The notes: generated by a model from the sequence alone, not told the origin. Positions 9,611-18,740 are shown, numbered from the stretch's first letter. The stretch is 32,000 bases of DNA from Moraxella nasovis (GCF_022701215.1 NZ_CP089976.1:1230001-1262000), one strand, 5' to 3'. Numbers and translations: made by a program.

Positions 9611-9637
9611 GCACCGAGCATGTATCGGTGCTTTTTT
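9611..9637 (+). terminator. Rho-independent terminator after murA
   Basis: 7-bp stem gcaccga / tcggtgc with a 7-nt loop, followed by TTTTTT. Confidence 0.7.
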
Positions 9638-9693
9638 GCATGAGCGGCACGGACTTAGGCTAATGCTAATTTAAAATTGAGAAATCCACTGGT

Positions 9694-10344
9694 ATGAATA
9701 AACAAACACAATCAAGTGCATTTAACGGCTTAACTATCGCTTTATCTAAGGGGCGAATTTTAAAAGAAACGTTGCCACTATTAAAGGCAGCAGGTATTGA
9801 GCTGTTAGAAGATATAGAACAATCTCGTAAGCTTGTTTTTCCCACCACAAATCCTGATGTCCAAATCTTAATCCTAAGAGCGTCCGATGTGCCAACGTAT
9901 GTTGAGCATGGAGCAGCAGATGTCGGTATTGCAGGCAAGGATGTTTTGATGGAATATGATGCTCAAGTATACGAGCTACTTGACTTAGGCATTGCCAAGT
10001 GTCGGCTGATGACCGCAGGCGTTAAGGGAGCGACACTTCCCAATCGCCGTTTGCGTATCGCCACCAAATATGTGAATGTCGCTCGTGATTATTTTGCCAA
10101 ACGTGGCGAGCAAGTAGATGTCATTAAGCTGTATGGCTCAATGGAGCTTGCTCCTTTGGTGGGATTGGGTGATCTGATTGTGGATGTGGTTGATACAGGT
10201 AATACCTTAAAAGCCAATGGTCTTGAACCATTAGATGAGATCTGCCAAGTATCATCACGCTTAATTGTCAATCCTGTCAGCTATAAAACAAAGCTTGCCA
10301 GTCTGACACCGATTTTACAGACACTTCAAAAAGCTACTGCATAA
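9694..10344 (+). CDS. hisG: ATP phosphoribosyltransferase, short form (HisG-S, needs HisZ)
   Basis: 216 aa with no C-terminal regulatory domain. Motifs [28 protein letters not shown] and [15 protein letters not shown]. Confidence 0.9.
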   Translation: MNKQTQSSAFNGLTIALSKGRILKETLPLLKAAGIELLEDIEQSRKLVFPTTNPDVQILILRASDVPTYVEHGAADVGIAGKDVLMEYDAQVYELLDLGIAKCRLMTAGVKGATLPNRRLRIATKYVNVARDYFAKRGEQVDVIKLYGSMELAPLVGLGDLIVDVVDTGNTLKANGLEPLDEICQVSSRLIVNPVSYKTKLASLTPILQTLQKATA

Positions 10345-10360
10345 ATTTTAGGAACTTAGG

Positions 10361-11689
10361 ATGCTAAATTTAACTACCATTCGTTATACCGATACCGATT
10401 TTGATAGCCGATTAGCCGATTTGCTTGCTTTTGAGACGGTAACTGACAGCGTGCTTATCAGCACGGTCAACGACATCATTGACGAGGTTCGCCGTAATGG
10501 CGATCAAGCGGTTTTTGCCTTTACCCAAAAATTTGACAATCATCCAGCGACATCTATGGCAGATTTATTTATTGCCAAAGACTATCTTAAAAATGCGTTT
10601 GACGACTTGCCAGAACATGTTAAGACTGCTTTACAGTTATCTGCAAGCCGTATTTTTGAGTTTCATCAGCATCAAGTTGAGACAGGATTTTTATTTACCG
10701 ACACGCTTGGTAACCGCTTGGGTCAAAAGGTGACACCGCTTGATAGTGTGGGTATCTATGTGCCAGGTGGCTTGGCAAGCTACCCATCTAGCGTGCTGAT
10801 GAATGCCATTCCTGCCAAAGTGGCAGGTGTAAAACAGATCACCATGGTCGTGCCTGCCCCAAAAGGTGTACTTAATCCTTTGGTGCTTGCTGCAGCTCAT
10901 CTTGCAGACGTAGATAGTGTGATTACTATTGGCGGAGCTCAGGCGGTAGCAGCATTGGCTTATGGCACAGATACGATTGCCAAGGTGGATAAAATTACAG
11001 GGCCTGGGAATAAATACGTCGCTGCTGCTAAGCGAGCGGTCTTTGGGCAAGTGGGTATTGACATGATTGCAGGGCCGTCAGAGGTCTTGGTGTATGCCGA
11101 AGGGCAAGCCAATGACAATGCCGACTGGCTTGCGATGGATTTATTAAGTCAAGCTGAGCATGACACGGTGGCACAGGCTATTTTTGTCACCACTTGTGAA
11201 AAGCAGCTGGCAGATGTGAGAGTAGCTCTTGATAAAGCATTGACAAATCTACCAAAAGCCGACATTGCTAGGGCAGCGTTAGACAATCGCGGGGCACTGA
11301 TTTTGGCAAAAGACAGATCGCACGCCTTAGACATCATCAACCAAGTCGCCCCTGAACATTTAGAATTATCATTAGATAATCCTGATGAAGTCTTGGCTGA
11401 CATTCACCATGCAGGAGCGATTTTTATGGGGCGGCATACGCCAGAAGCCATCGGCGACTACTGTGCTGGCAGTAACCATGTCTTGCCGACATCAGGCACG
11501 GCACGCTTTAGCTCGCCCCTTGGTGTGTATGATTTTGTTAAGCGTTCTTCAATTATTCATTGTACATCTGATGGCTGTTTACCACTTGCCAAAACGGCTG
11601 ATATCTTAGCGATAAAAGAAAATCTAACCGCTCATGCCTTGTCGGCACGCTATCGTTATGGCGATGTCTCGTTTAAAGAAGAGGTGTAA
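10361..11689 (+). CDS. hisD: Histidinol dehydrogenase
   Basis: 442 aa. GIYVPGG.A.YPSSVLM, GPGNKYV, SQAEHD and APEHLEL motifs. Confidence 0.95.
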   Translation: MLNLTTIRYTDTDFDSRLADLLAFETVTDSVLISTVNDIIDEVRRNGDQAVFAFTQKFDNHPATSMADLFIAKDYLKNAFDDLPEHVKTALQLSASRIFEFHQHQVETGFLFTDTLGNRLGQKVTPLDSVGIYVPGGLASYPSSVLMNAIPAKVAGVKQITMVVPAPKGVLNPLVLAAAHLADVDSVITIGGAQAVAALAYGTDTIAKVDKITGPGNKYVAAAKRAVFGQVGIDMIAGPSEVLVYAEGQANDNADWLAMDLLSQAEHDTVAQAIFVTTCEKQLADVRVALDKALTNLPKADIARAALDNRGALILAKDRSHALDIINQVAPEHLELSLDNPDEVLADIHHAGAIFMGRHTPEAIGDYCAGSNHVLPTSGTARFSSPLGVYDFVKRSSIIHCTSDGCLPLAKTADILAIKENLTAHALSARYRYGDVSFKEEV

Positions 11690-11690
11690 G

Positions 11691-12776
11691 ATGATGACAG
11701 ATACCAGACTTTGGAGCGATAAGGCAAAGACGCTTACCCCTTATGTGGCAGGCGAGCAGCCTAAGCATGATCGGCTGTGCAAACTTAACACCAATGAAAA
11801 CCCATTTGCACCAAGCCCAAGCGTGCTTGACGCCATCAAAAATGAGCTGGCTCAAGATGCAGATAAGTTAAGATTATACCCTGATCCAAATTCTGACGAA
11901 CTTAAAGAGGCGTTGGCACAATTTCATGGGTTAGATGCTAAGCAGGTTTTTGTGGGTAATGGGTCTGATGAAGTGCTTGCACTTGTGTTTGCCGCTTTTT
12001 TTATGAAATCAAAACCTGTGCTAACCGCTGATATTGGTTATAGTTTTTATCCTGTGTATGCTAATGCCTTTGGTGTTGATTTGCAAACCATCGCTTTAAA
12101 TGATGATTTTGAGGTTGATGTGGCAGACTATAAGCACTCTGCTGATGGCGTAATCTTAGCCAATCCAAATGCTCCGACAGGTGTGTTATTATCGCTTGAG
12201 AAAATAAGGCAGCTTATCAGCTACCATAAAGACGCTGTTGTTGTGATTGATGAGGCGTATATTGATTATGCTGATGAGGGGTCAAGCTGCATAAGTTTGA
12301 TTAACGAATTTGATAATCTTGTAGTCACTCAAACCTTTTCTAAGTCAAGAGCATTGGCAGGGCTAAGGGTTGGAGCAGCATTTGCCAGTGTTCATTTAAT
12401 CGCTGCTTTAACTGCCATGAAAGATAGTTTTAATAGCTATCCTTTGGATAAGCTTGCCCAAGCTGCAGCCATCGCAAGCGTTAAAGATGTGGCGTACTTT
12501 CAAGAAAAGCGAAAGGCGGTCATTGCTTTGCGTGAAGAGCTGACAACTGCACTTAACAGCCGTGGCTTTGATGTACTGCCAAGCTCGGCAAATTTTATTT
12601 TTGCCAATCCTTGTCATGCTGTATTAAGCACGTTTGAGATTTTTGAGAAATTACGAGAGCAGGGCGTTATCGTTCGGCATTGGCAAAAAGACAGAATTAA
12701 AGATTATCTACGCATTACTGTTGGCACAAGTGAGCAAAACGCCAGATTGCTTGAAGTGCTAGATACCATCTTATAA
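11691..12776 (+). CDS. hisC: Histidinol-phosphate aminotransferase
   Basis: Class-II aminotransferase motifs (LNTNENP, ANPNAPTG, FSKSRALAGLRVG). The ATG at 11691 lies 1 nt after the hisD stop. The 5' extension to 11634 in the ORF track overlaps hisD and is unlikely. Confidence 0.9.
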   Translation: MMTDTRLWSDKAKTLTPYVAGEQPKHDRLCKLNTNENPFAPSPSVLDAIKNELAQDADKLRLYPDPNSDELKEALAQFHGLDAKQVFVGNGSDEVLALVFAAFFMKSKPVLTADIGYSFYPVYANAFGVDLQTIALNDDFEVDVADYKHSADGVILANPNAPTGVLLSLEKIRQLISYHKDAVVVIDEAYIDYADEGSSCISLINEFDNLVVTQTFSKSRALAGLRVGAAFASVHLIAALTAMKDSFNSYPLDKLAQAAAIASVKDVAYFQEKRKAVIALREELTTALNSRGFDVLPSSANFIFANPCHAVLSTFEIFEKLREQGVIVRHWQKDRIKDYLRITVGTSEQNARLLEVLDTIL

Positions 12777-12822
12777 GAGTGGCATATCATGGGCAAATTA
12801 GGTTAAACTTTCGCTTATTTTC

Positions 12823-12831
12823 TGTTAGAAT
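12823..12831 (+). promoter_or_regulatory. Candidate extended -10 promoter element (TGtTAGAAT) for the fumarase gene
   Basis: TGnTAGAAT lies 72 nt upstream of the ATG. A weak -35 TTAAAC sits 17 nt upstream. Confidence 0.35.
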
Positions 12832-12902
12832 ACTAAACTAAAGCGACCGCTTATTAGCGGATAATCTTAGCCAGTTATCATAAACCAGCAAAAGGAAGAG
12901 TC

Positions 12903-14429
12903 ATGACCGTCATTAAGCAAGACGATTTTATCCAAAGCATTCAAGATGCCTTTCAGTTCATCAGCTACTATCATCCGACCGACTACATCGAGGCACTAGT
13001 CAAGGCGTTAGAGCGTGAAGAAAACCCTGCTGCTCGTGATGCTATGACACAGATTTTGGTAAACAGCCGAATGTGTGCCGAAGGACATCGCCCTATCTGT
13101 CAAGATACTGGTATTGCTACTGTATTTTTAAAGGTGGGTATGAATGTGAGCTGGGACAGCACGATGAGTGTGGCAGATATGGTTAATGAAGGCGTTCGCC
13201 GTGCATATCTGCTAAGCGAAAATAAACTGCGTGCTTCAGTGCTGGCTGACCCTGCTGGCAAGCGTGTGAACACCAAAGACAATACACCTGCCGTCATTCA
13301 CATGGAAATCGTCGCAGGCGATAAAGTTGAGGTTACCTGTGCTGCCAAAGGTGGTGGTAGCGAGAATAAATCTAAGCTTGCCATGCTAAACCCATCAGAC
13401 AGTATCGTGGATTGGGTGTTAAAAACCATACCAACTATGGGTGCAGGCTGGTGTCCGCCAGGAATCTTAGGTATCGGTATCGGCGGTACGCCAGAAAAGG
13501 CGACTTTGCTTGCCAAAGAAAGTCTGATGAGTCATGTTGATATCCAGGATCTACAAGAAAAAGCCAAAAGTGGTGCTGAGCTTAGCACGACAGAAGCATT
13601 GCGTTTGGAACTTTACGAAAAAGTGAACGCCTTAGGTATCGGTGCTCAAGGCTTGGGCGGTCTAACCACAGTGCTTGATGTTAAGATTTTAGATTATCCG
13701 ACGCATGCAGCAGGTAAGCCTGTGGCGATGATTCCAAACTGTGCTGCCACTCGTCATGTGGAGTTTGAGTTGGATGGTACAGGCCCTGTTACGCTTACGC
13801 CACCAAGCATGGATGTCTATCCTGACATTACTTATAGCCCTGATAACGGCAAGCGTATTAATGTTGATACTCTAACCAAAGATGAAGTTGCCACTTGGCA
13901 GACAGGTGATGTATTATTACTAAGTGGTAAAATCTATACAGGGCGTGATGCGGCACATAAACGCATGACAGATATGCTAAGTAAGGGCGAGGAGTTGCCC
14001 GTTGATTTTACCAATAAAATCATCTATTACGTCGGACCAGTCGATCCTGTGGGTGATGAAGTGGTAGGGCCTGCCGGACCAACGACTGCCACTCGCATGG
14101 ATAAGTTTACTCGTCAGATGCTAGAGCAAACAGGCTTACTTGGTATGATTGGTAAGTCAGAACGTGGTGAAGTTGCTTGCCAAGCCATCGCTGATAATAA
14201 AGCGGTATATCTGATGGCGGTGGGCGGTTCAGCCTATCTGGTGTCTAAAGCCATCAAAGACGCTAAAGTAGTCGCATTCCCTGATCTTGGCATGGAAGCA
14301 ATCTATGAGTTTGAAGTAAAAGATATGCCAGTAACAGTGGCTGTGGATAGTAATGGCAGCTCGATACATGCAACTGCACCGAAGATCTGGCAAGCTAAAA
14401 TTGGCAAGATTCCTATGGTGGAAGAATAA
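12903..14429 (+). CDS. Fumarate hydratase, class I (Fe-S dependent, fused alpha/beta type, ~508 aa)
   Basis: The N-terminal motif ICQDTGIATVFLKVG is typical of class I Fe-S hydro-lyases, and the C-terminal beta-domain carries GKIYTGRDAAHKR. A good RBS (AAGGAAG) precedes the start. Confidence 0.9.
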   Translation: MTVIKQDDFIQSIQDAFQFISYYHPTDYIEALVKALEREENPAARDAMTQILVNSRMCAEGHRPICQDTGIATVFLKVGMNVSWDSTMSVADMVNEGVRRAYLLSENKLRASVLADPAGKRVNTKDNTPAVIHMEIVAGDKVEVTCAAKGGGSENKSKLAMLNPSDSIVDWVLKTIPTMGAGWCPPGILGIGIGGTPEKATLLAKESLMSHVDIQDLQEKAKSGAELSTTEALRLELYEKVNALGIGAQGLGGLTTVLDVKILDYPTHAAGKPVAMIPNCAATRHVEFELDGTGPVTLTPPSMDVYPDITYSPDNGKRINVDTLTKDEVATWQTGDVLLLSGKIYTGRDAAHKRMTDMLSKGEELPVDFTNKIIYYVGPVDPVGDEVVGPAGPTTATRMDKFTRQMLEQTGLLGMIGKSERGEVACQAIADNKAVYLMAVGGSAYLVSKAIKDAKVVAFPDLGMEAIYEFEVKDMPVTVAVDSNGSSIHATAPKIWQAKIGKIPMVEE

Positions 14430-14470
14430 TAGCCGAGCAATGATAGAACATTGCACGCCAAATAATCAAA

Positions 14471-14505
14471 AAGCCGTCTTATTCGCTGGGTAAGGCGGTT
14501 TTTTA
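14471..14505 (+). terminator. Rho-independent terminator after the fumarase gene
   Basis: aagccgtctta / taaggcggttt forms an 11-bp stem including two G-U pairs, with a 9-nt loop, followed by TTTTT. Confidence 0.6.
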
Positions 14506-14526
14506 TGGTCAGTTGGTTTAAAAGCA

Positions 14527-14557
14527 TAAAAAAAGAGCCAATAAAGGCTCTTTTTTA
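14527..14557. terminator. Bidirectional A-tract/hairpin/T-tract terminator, downstream of the Ala-rich lipoprotein gene on the minus strand
   Basis: aaaaaaagagcc-aataaa-ggctctttttt is symmetric, with a U-run available on either strand. Confidence 0.55.
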
Positions 14558-14575
14558 CTAAAATCGTAACTAAGA

Positions 14576-14929
14576 TTAGTTAGTTGTTTTAGTAGCATCA
14601 GCAGCGTCTTTTGCAGCATCAGCAGCTTCTTCAGCAGCGTCTTGTGCATTTTCTGCAACAGCTTCAGCTTGCTCAGCAGCGTGTTCGTTGCCAGCAGCAG
14701 CGTGTGCAACAGCGTCAGCAGCAGCTTGTTCAGCAGTAGCAGCAGCTTGTTCAGCAGTAGCAGCAGCAGATTGTGCAGCATCAGTTGGTGCAGCAGCAGC
14801 AGTTGCAGCAGCTTCAGCAGCAGCGTCTTGTGCCGCAGCAGCAGCTTCAGGAGCTTCTTCAGCTGGCTTTGAGCAAGCAGTTAGAGCTAAAGAAGCAGCG
14901 ATGATTGCAGATAGAGCTAGTTTTTGCAT
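14576..14929 (-). CDS. Alanine-rich, acidic, low-complexity lipoprotein (H.8-antigen-like composition)
   Basis: MQKLALSAIIAASLALTAC signal peptide with lipobox LTAC. A GGAG RBS lies 7 nt upstream of the ATG at 14929, and a terminator lies downstream. By hand count, 50 of the 98 residues after the Cys are Ala. Confidence 0.7.
   Translation of the reverse strand: MQKLALSAIIAASLALTACSKPAEEAPEAAAAAQDAAAEAAATAAAAPTDAAQSAAATAEQAAATAEQAAADAVAHAAAGNEHAAEQAEAVAENAQDAAEEAADAAKDAADATKTTN
14721..14762 (-). repeat. Perfect 21-bp tandem duplication inside the lipoprotein CDS (encodes AATAEQA twice)
   Basis: gcagcttgttcagcagtagca occurs at 14721-14741 and again at 14742-14762. The copies are embedded in GCN-rich trinucleotide-repeat-like sequence. 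Confidence 0.9.
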
Positions 14930-14961
14930 GGTAATCTCCGTAAGATTGATTGCAATATAAA

Positions 14962-14996
14962 CCATTTGTGATTATAGGATGGATACTTACAAATGG
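14962..14996. promoter_or_regulatory. 8-bp inverted repeat (ccatttgt N19 acaaatgg) bracketing a minus-strand TATAAT; candidate promoter/operator of the lipoprotein gene
   Basis: The perfect inverted-repeat arms lie at 14962-14969 and 14989-14996. attata at 14971-14976 reads TATAAT on the minus strand, about 40 nt upstream of the ATG. Confidence 0.35.
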
Positions 14997-15258
14997 ATGG
15001 TTTTAAGTGTGGTGCATTATATAGTAAGCTATTTGAAATAAAAAGTATTATTTCCTTAGCAGAGTATCAAAAAAATGTAAAAAAATATTTCAAAATATCA
15101 ATACAGTGCGAAATAAAGCTTATCTTTGCACAATAGTAATCATGTATTTTTTATCATACAAATACTTATTTTATCAAAGATTTATCAATCAAGCAATAAA
15201 TTTAGTGCAGTTACATTGTTGTTTTATTGTAATTACCCCTTAGATGGTTCAGCTGGTT

Positions 15259-16521
15259 TTAGGTTTTTTTCGCCATATTGCTAAAAAACTCATCATTGGT
15301 CTTAGAGTCTTTAAGACGGTCAAGTAAGAACTCGGTCGCTTGTGAGTCGTCCATTGGCTGCAGTAATTTTCTTAATATCCACACACGGCGAAGCGTCTCT
15401 TCATCTAGTAGGCGTTCTTCACGGCGTGTTGATGATTTTTTGATGTTAATGGCAGGGAATATGCGACGCTCGGCAAGCTCACGCTCAAGTGTGATTTCTT
15501 GGTTGCCTGTGCCTTTGAACTCTTCAAAGATAACGCTATCCATCTTAGAGCCTGTGTCAGTTAGAGCTGTTGAGATGATGGTTAAGCTGCCACCTTCTTC
15601 TACATTACGAGCCGCTCCAAAGAAACGTTTTGGGCGTTCTAAGGCATGAGCATCCACGCCGCCTGTTAGCACTTTACCACTTGATGGAATCACAGTGTTA
15701 TAGGCACGTGCTAGGCGAGTGATAGAGTCAAGTAAGATAACTACGTCTTGCTTATGCTCCACAAGGCGTTTTGCCTTTTCTATGACCATTTCGGCAACTT
15801 GTATGTGCCGTGTCGGCGGTTCATCAAAGGTAGATGCCACAACTTCACCACGCACGGTACGCTGCATTTCGGTGACTTCTTCTGGGCGTTCATCGATAAG
15901 TAGTACGATGATATAACACTCAGGATGGTTTTTTGCGATGGCGTGAGCGATGTTTTGTAGTAGGACGGTTTTGCCTGCTTTTGGTGGGGCAACGATGATA
16001 GAACGCTGACCCTTACCAATAGGGGCGATAAGATCAATAATACGCCCTGTCAAATCTTCGGTTGTGCCATTGCCTTGCTCTAAAGTGAGCTTTTGAGTTG
16101 GAAATAAGGGGGTTAGATTCTCAAAAATCAGCTTATGGCGACTGCGATCTGGTGTGTCAAAGTTGACTTTACTGACTTTAAGTAGGGCAAAATATCGCTC
16201 TTGGTCTTTTGGTGGGCGAATCTGCCCTTCAATGGAGTCGCCAGTTTGTAGGTTAAATCGGCGAATCTGGCTTGGACTGACATAGATATCATCAGGGCCT
16301 GCCAGATACGATCCTTCAGATGAGCGTAAAAATCCAAAACCATCAGGTAAGATCTCAAGCACGCCATCACCGTAGATGGCTTCACCATTTTGGGCATGAG
16401 TCTTTAAAATGGCAAAAATAATGTCTTGTTTGCGACTTCTTGCCATGTTGTCCAATCCCATTTGTTCAGCAATGGTAAGCAACTCGGCAACGGATTTGCG
16501 TTTTAGTTCGGTTAAGTTCAT
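15259..16521 (-). CDS. rho: Transcription termination factor Rho
   Basis: 420 aa. N-terminal MNLTELK...LL, RNA-binding GFGFLR, Walker A APPKAGKT, and a conserved C-terminus. Confidence 0.97.
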   Translation of the reverse strand: MNLTELKRKSVAELLTIAEQMGLDNMARSRKQDIIFAILKTHAQNGEAIYGDGVLEILPDGFGFLRSSEGSYLAGPDDIYVSPSQIRRFNLQTGDSIEGQIRPPKDQERYFALLKVSKVNFDTPDRSRHKLIFENLTPLFPTQKLTLEQGNGTTEDLTGRIIDLIAPIGKGQRSIIVAPPKAGKTVLLQNIAHAIAKNHPECYIIVLLIDERPEEVTEMQRTVRGEVVASTFDEPPTRHIQVAEMVIEKAKRLVEHKQDVVILLDSITRLARAYNTVIPSSGKVLTGGVDAHALERPKRFFGAARNVEEGGSLTIISTALTDTGSKMDSVIFEEFKGTGNQEITLERELAERRIFPAINIKKSSTRREERLLDEETLRRVWILRKLLQPMDDSQATEFLLDRLKDSKTNDEFFSNMAKKT

Positions 16522-16639
16522 GGAGTGTCTGTTAATTAAGAAAAAGTATAGAAAAAAAAGTACTGTGCTTGGATTATGATGGGGTAATTGAAATCAGCCA
16601 GAGAAAATAAGCGAGAATCGCAAGTTTGGCTAGTCGCTA

Positions 16640-16669
16640 ATAATAAAGCGTTTTTGGGTATGTTGTCAA
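16640..16669 (-). promoter_or_regulatory. Candidate sigma70 promoter for rho (TTGACA-N18-TATTAT)
   Basis: On the minus strand, TTGACA lies at 16669-16664 and TATTAT at 16645-16640. This leaves a leader of ~110 nt before the rho ATG. Confidence 0.4.
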
Positions 16670-16690
16670 TATTTAGTCAAAAATTTTTAC

Positions 16691-16720
16691 AAAAAAAAGA
16701 CCCGCTATGGCGAGTCTTTG
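16691..16720 (-). terminator. Rho-independent terminator after trxA
   Basis: On the minus strand, aaagactcgcc-ata-gcgggtcttt (one mismatch) is followed by T8. Confidence 0.6.
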
Positions 16721-16742
16721 TCTTTATGGTAAGACTTTTAAA

Positions 16743-17063
16743 TTATAGGTGCTTTTCAAGTAGTGCAGCAAATTCACTTTTTGGGCGACCACCGACAACG
16801 GTATCTAATTTTTCGCCATCTTTAAAGACAAATAAGGTCGGAATGCTACGAATGCCAAAGCGAGCAGCAGACTGCGGGTTATCATCGACATTTACTTTTA
16901 CGATTTGAACACGGTCGGCAAAATCCACAGCAAGCTCTTCTAGTACAGGTGCGATGGCCTTACAAGGACCGCACCATGGTGCCCAAAAATCGACCAAAAC
17001 CAGCTTGTCAGCTTGTAGTACATCTGCATCAAAGTTGGCGTCAGTGGTGTTAATGATACTCAT
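16743..17063 (-). CDS. trxA: Thioredoxin 1
   Basis: 106 aa with the WCGPC active site. The trxA-rho order is the same as in E. coli. Confidence 0.95.
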   Translation of the reverse strand: MSIINTTDANFDADVLQADKLVLVDFWAPWCGPCKAIAPVLEELAVDFADRVQIVKVNVDDNPQSAARFGIRSIPTLFVFKDGEKLDTVVGGRPKSEFAALLEKHL

Positions 17064-17225
17064 AATGAATTTCCTAGTTGGTTGGTTAAGATTTTAAAGA
17101 TTATAAGGGTGATTTTGGGATATTTCAAGACGCAAAAGGGATTGTTTTATCGCCGAGCAGCCTAAAGGGGTAAAATTATGACGCATTATCATCGCTTGAT
17201 GATACTAATTTTAGTGGGTTTGCTA

Positions 17226-17234
17226 TGTTATAAT
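17226..17234 (+). promoter_or_regulatory. Candidate extended -10 promoter (TGtTATAAT) upstream of the rluA-family gene
   Basis: A perfect TGnTATAAT lies 78 nt upstream of the ATG at 17312. Confidence 0.35.
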
Positions 17235-17311
17235 GGGCAGTTTTGATGGGCTTGATAAGCTTAGAATGTATTTAACCCACCATATTATTATCACCACAAT
17301 AAAGCCAAATT

Positions 17312-18040
17312 ATGAACATTACCGATAGCGATATCATGAAGATGAATGCTGCTGAAGCGGCATATGATGAGCAGTTTTTTCAAAGATTTATCCAATCTAT
17401 CACAGTCTATGAAGACGATGATATCTGGGTGCTAGATAAGCCAGCAGGATTACTTAGTGTTGATGGCAGGGTGCTTAAGGTGAGCTTGCAATCACGATTA
17501 TTAAGGGTCAATCCTGATATTAAGCTGATTCATCGTTTGGATATGGATACTTCAGGATTGATTATTTTTGCTAAAAATGCTGCCGCACAGTCGCACATTA
17601 GTAAGCAGTTCATCGATCGCATTCCCCAAAAAGAATATCAGGCGGTGATTTTTGGGCGGTTTGGTGAGATTGGCGACAAAGGCGTGATTGATGTGCCAGT
17701 TCGCTATGAGCCAGCTACCAAGCCACGCCATATTATCGATCATAGCTGGAATAAGCAAGCGATTACTCAGTATCAGGTGCTTACCCATGAGATGCTGATA
17801 GATGATAAAGGGCTAGAGCATGCGGTTACTCGCATGAAGCTAAAGCCAGTTACAGGACGCAGCCATCAGTTAAGGGTGCATATGGTACATATTCATCATG
17901 TCATGGTGGGAGACCCCATCTATGCTGATGGTATTGCAAGACAGCTATCGCCACGCTTGTGCTTGCACGCTCATAAGCTTCGCCTAAAGCACCCTGTGCA
18001 TGGTGCATGGCTTGACTGGGTGAGTGATGTGCCGTTCTGA
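17312..18040 (+). CDS. RluA-family pseudouridine synthase
   Basis: Catalytic motif HRLDMDTSGLIIFAKN, VTGRSHQLRVH and GDPIYA. The S4 domain is absent, as in RluA/TruC-type enzymes. Confidence 0.85.
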   Translation: MNITDSDIMKMNAAEAAYDEQFFQRFIQSITVYEDDDIWVLDKPAGLLSVDGRVLKVSLQSRLLRVNPDIKLIHRLDMDTSGLIIFAKNAAAQSHISKQFIDRIPQKEYQAVIFGRFGEIGDKGVIDVPVRYEPATKPRHIIDHSWNKQAITQYQVLTHEMLIDDKGLEHAVTRMKLKPVTGRSHQLRVHMVHIHHVMVGDPIYADGIARQLSPRLCLHAHKLRLKHPVHGAWLDWVSDVPF

Positions 18041-18269
18041 TTGGCAAGATAAGCTTAAGTATATATATGATACGCCATCAAGGTGCTAAAATCTGCCATA
18101 AACTTTCAAACCATACCCAATCCTTAACAAATTTAGGCTTTTGGTAGGTTTGCCATAGCTTTTTTTTAGACACCGCTTGCTTTAATTAAACCTAAAAAAG
18201 CGAGCGGTGCTGTAAAAATTATGCCCAATATTTGATAAATCTGTTATAAGACAGTATAAGACAGCTTAA

Positions 18270-18740
18270 TCAAGCATGCTTATCGTCTTTTTGGTTTGGC
18301 AATTTAAACGCCCACTCTGGTGGTTCGTCTATGCCAGATTCTTCATCTTTTTCGGCATCATCAAAGGTTGGCTGAGTGATGTCTGCAGCGTGATGAACGG
18401 GCGAATAAACAGAGTATAATTTTAGTGGCTCATCACCTGTATTGGTGATGTTATGCCATTTACCGGCAGGAATGACAATCGCCCAATCGTCTTTTACTTC
18501 TTGCTCAAAGCTTAGGTTGTCTTTACTGTCGCCCATTTGACATAAACCTGTGCCTTGCTCAAGGCGTAAAAACTGGTCGTTTTGAGGGTGGGCTTCTAGT
18601 CCGATGTCTTTACCTGGCTCGATACTCATTAGGGTAACTTGCAGGTATTCACCCGTCCAAATCACTTTACGATAATTGTCATTGGTAAGGGTTTGCTCTT
18701 CGATGTCAAACGCATTTGGCTTAGGTCCAATATCTTTCAT
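18270..18740 (-). CDS. Cupin domain-containing protein with an acidic C-terminal tail
   Basis: Cupin motif 1-like G.D.GLEAHP..DQF and motif 2-like IPAGKWHNITNTG. A strong AGGAG RBS precedes the start. Confidence 0.7.
   Translation of the reverse strand: MKDIGPKPNAFDIEEQTLTNDNYRKVIWTGEYLQVTLMSIEPGKDIGLEAHPQNDQFLRLEQGTGLCQMGDSKDNLSFEQEVKDDWAIVIPAGKWHNITNTGDEPLKLYSVYSPVHHAADITQPTFDDAEKDEESGIDEPPEWAFKLPNQKDDKHA

Noticed and set aside
12860-12879. Fur-box-like sequence GATAATCTTAGCCAGTTATC upstream of the Fe-S fumarase gene.
   Set aside because: Only the outer GATAAT/TTATC arms resemble the 19-bp Fur consensus. The spacing is off by one and the centre does not match. This is not enough to claim iron regulation without a matrix scan.
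14518-14960. Three extra ORFs over the lipoprotein locus: a Leu-rich one (14518-14781, minus), a Ser-rich one (14642-14872, plus) and an Ala/Cys-rich one (14688-14960, plus).
   Set aside because: They are alternative-frame and opposite-strand readings of the GCN/GCT repeat DNA. Only the minus-strand frame starting at 14929 has an RBS, a signal peptide with a lipobox and a downstream terminator.
18158-18210. Hairpin caccgcttgc N19 gcgagcggtg between the convergent rluA-family and cupin genes, as a possible bidirectional terminator.
   Set aside because: The T-tract lies upstream of the stem on the plus strand, which puts an A-tract downstream on the minus strand. Neither transcript would therefore get a 3' U-run. 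The 19-nt loop is large. An alternative pairing (gctttttt/aaaaaagc) is possible, but I cannot support a terminator call.
18245-18264. Perfect 10-bp tandem duplication, tataagacag twice, just downstream of the cupin gene stop.
   Set aside because: It is very short and non-coding, with only two copies. It is most simply a replication-slippage scar, and no function can be argued from the sequence.
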